This document shows, piece after piece, positions 62,248 through 64,000 of a stretch of 64,000 nt of DNA. Position numbers and translations under genes: made by a program. The DNA is taken from positions 320,001 to 384,000 of the forward strand of contig CAWBKB010000007.1 in assembly GCA_963789265.1 (NCBI GenBank). The letters run 5' to 3'. How positions within the stretch are numbered: position 1 is the stretch's first letter; every line of letters starts with the position of its first letter. The notes beneath the pieces were generated by a model. The model made no database searches, was not told the origin of the DNA, and saw only the letters and a program-made list of their open reading frames with translations. Source of the DNA: an uncultured delta proteobacterium. GTDB taxonomy: Bacteria; Desulfobacterota; Desulfomonilia; Desulfomonilales; Desulfomonilaceae.

Positions 62248-62274
62248 TACTTGTTTGAAAGCGATATGGCATTG

Positions 62275-64000
62275 CTACTGGAAAGCGAATACTTTTTCTT
62301 GCCCCCCCGGCGGAGTTATGAATAACTGCAACGCGCTGGGACCGGTACCCTGAAAATAATCAAGAAACATTTCGTGGCTACCCGCTTCCATGGTAGCGGT
62401 CCCGGTTTGCTCGACGACTTTCCCTGCCCCTTCTCCGTTTATGATCATCTTCTTGCCGATTATCAGGCGAGCCGCATCGCCGCAGACAATCCTAAACTTG
62501 TAGCTTCCTGCCTCCTGATTCGAGAGCGCAAACTTGATGTAAAACCTGAGGCCAAACCAATTATCCCGTTTTGGCACACCAGGGAACTCTCGCGTACCTC
62601 TGTTTGCAGGATAATCTATTGCCTTGGTAAAGAACATCCCGGAAGGGGAAAGCTTATTATAATTGGGCATCTTCCTGGTATTGGGCTTCAGAAAGTACAC
62701 GAAAGCGGGAATGAGGCTCACGCCCCCTTCCTCCGACGAGAATCCCGTCAAAGTACCCGCGGGTGTGAATAGTTCCTCCTTCTTCTTAGGTTCGGTGACG
62801 TACAGTTCCAGCCGAGGCTCCCCCTTGGGATGGAAGTAGTCAACCGTGATTGGATAACTCCCTTTCTGGAGGAAAGCCCATCCAAGCTTCCCTGTTGAGT
62901 CGGCTTTCGATCCGCCGGTATCATTCACAATATTTTGCTTGCCGATCGTCAAACGGGCAAAGTGGTCGGCAAGGAGCCGGAAAGCAAAGATGCCCGCGCC
63001 TTGAACATTAAAAAACCCCTGATACCGAATCCCTATCATTTCTTTCCTGTCAGGGAGGCCAACGAATCCTTTGCCGCCTGACACGTCGAGAGTTGGAGCG
63101 ATCACTCGTCCGATAGGACTTAGCCGACTAAAATCCGGTCCTTCGGGGTAGTTGCCTTTTGGAACAAAATAGACTTGTCCCCAGAGCACGTCATACGGCT
63201 TGGCAGGTTCCTTCCAGCCTGCTAATCCGCTGCTCAAGGAGAAGATCTGCTCCGGGCCGAGCGGCGGCTGTACGTATAATTTAAGAACCGGTGGCCCTTG
63301 TGAATTAAAGCTGTCGACAATAATCGTATGGATTCCTTCTCCGAGGTGTAGATACGCCGTCTTGGACGAGGGTTCATGAATGCCGTCATTCTCGATGACC
63401 GTCTTGTCGTCTATGTTCACCCGAGACCCATCCTTGGAGTCGAGCCTCCATTTGAAGATCCCCTCCCCAGAAACCATGAACATACCGATAAATCGCATTC
63501 CAATATCATTGACATTCTCGGACAGACCCGCAGGTTCGTTCTCCCCTTTTGCCGGATCAAGGTAGATCCTGTCGCAGGTGAGGGTCTGAGCGGGTTTGAA
63601 CGCGCTGTAATCAGATAACGCTTGGATATTACTGGGCAATTTGTATATGTTTACGTTAAAAGCGCCCTTGCCGCCGGGCAATGCTGCGGAAACGGGGCCT
63701 GACACCGACCTTCTTGAGGAAGCGGCAACCGGTTTCCTGCCTGTAGGCCCTTGCGAGGCTTTGGGTCCGGGGGATGGTTGTTCGGATTCTGCCGCTGTGC
63801 CTTTCCCCGGGGCAGCCTGCCCGGCTCTGGGGCCGCTGGAAGGAGGAGGAGATGTTCCAGGCTCTTTCTTCAGGATCATAGGAGAGGAAGGAGGATTGCT
63901 AGGGTGAATGTCGAGGGGTTTCCCTTCCGGTTGTTTTCCGGCGGTCTCATCTCGGCCCCCACCAGCCCTTTCAGCCGGTTCTACCCCTGGCGCGGCAGTC
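62275..64000 (-). CDS. Protein with three PA14-like domains after a Pro-rich linker; 5' end outside the window
   Basis: Repeated G.F.F.L.S.DG/D.A.L.I...DYF motifs, ENDGIH; frame open to 64000. Confidence 0.85.
   Translation of the reverse strand, partial: TAAPGVEPAERAGGGRDETAGKQPEGKPLDIHPSNPPSSPMILKKEPGTSPPPSSGPRAGQAAPGKGTAAESEQPSPGPKASQGPTGRKPVAASSRRSVSGPVSAALPGGKGAFNVNIYKLPSNIQALSDYSAFKPAQTLTCDRIYLDPAKGENEPAGLSENVNDIGMRFIGMFMVSGEGIFKWRLDSKDGSRVNIDDKTVIENDGIHEPSSKTAYLHLGEGIHTIIVDSFNSQGPPVLKLYVQPPLGPEQIFSLSSGLAGWKEPAKPYDVLWGQVYFVPKGNYPEGPDFSRLSPIGRVIAPTLDVSGGKGFVGLPDRKEMIGIRYQGFFNVQGAGIFAFRLLADHFARLTIGKQNIVNDTGGSKADSTGKLGWAFLQKGSYPITVDYFHPKGEPRLELYVTEPKKKEELFTPAGTLTGFSSEEGGVSLIPAFVYFLKPNTRKMPNYNKLSPSGMFFTKAIDYPANRGTREFPGVPKRDNWFGLRFYIKFALSNQEAGSYKFRIVCGDAARLIIGKKMIINGEGAGKVVEQTGTATMEAGSHEMFLDYFQGTGPSALQLFITPPGGQEKVFAFQ

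Noticed and set aside
1..64000. CRISPR array, cas genes, retron/RT or other defence genes
   Set aside because: No regularly spaced repeats and no such protein motifs seen in the ORFs.

Overview
Bacterial chromosome segment. Gene content and protein styles suggest Desulfobacterota, probably Desulfomonile-like (inference). The window has two halves, split by a tRNA-Asn(GTT) gene on the minus strand at 38495-38570. LEFT (1-38494) is accreted foreign DNA downstream of the tRNA. Two further copies of the tRNA 3' half (11269-11313, and a degenerate one at 6996-7091) are each preceded by the last ~15 codons of a homologous tyrosine integrase, which indicates at least three islands stacked in tandem at one att site. 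The tRNA-proximal ~27 kb island carries a 5'-truncated integrase, a convergent PAS-kinase/NarL pair and two convergent anaerobic acyl-CoA operons. These encode beta-oxidation enzymes, a Cys-less HMG-CoA-synthase-like/DUF35 fusion with an SCP2-type thiolase (PhlABC-like architecture), a four-gene class-I benzoyl-CoA-reductase/2-hydroxyacyl-CoA-dehydratase-like set with two different activases, a CooC-like ATPase, a MoaD-like protein ending GE instead of GG, and two SCP2 proteins. The older island remnants carry small regulator/detoxification cassettes. RIGHT (38571-64000) looks like backbone: an rdgC-like pair, dodecin, tatB, TPR lipoprotein, paaK-like ligase, AsmA-like protein, metallophosphoesterase, DegP/Q, ilvE and a PA14 protein. 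Its intergenic spaces hold several MITEs made of IS4- or IS66-like ends around different REP-like hairpin doublets, three with exact target-site duplications. About 15 single-base frameshifts occur in otherwise intact genes and are most likely consensus errors. All calls come from motif recognition by eye; no database searches were run.
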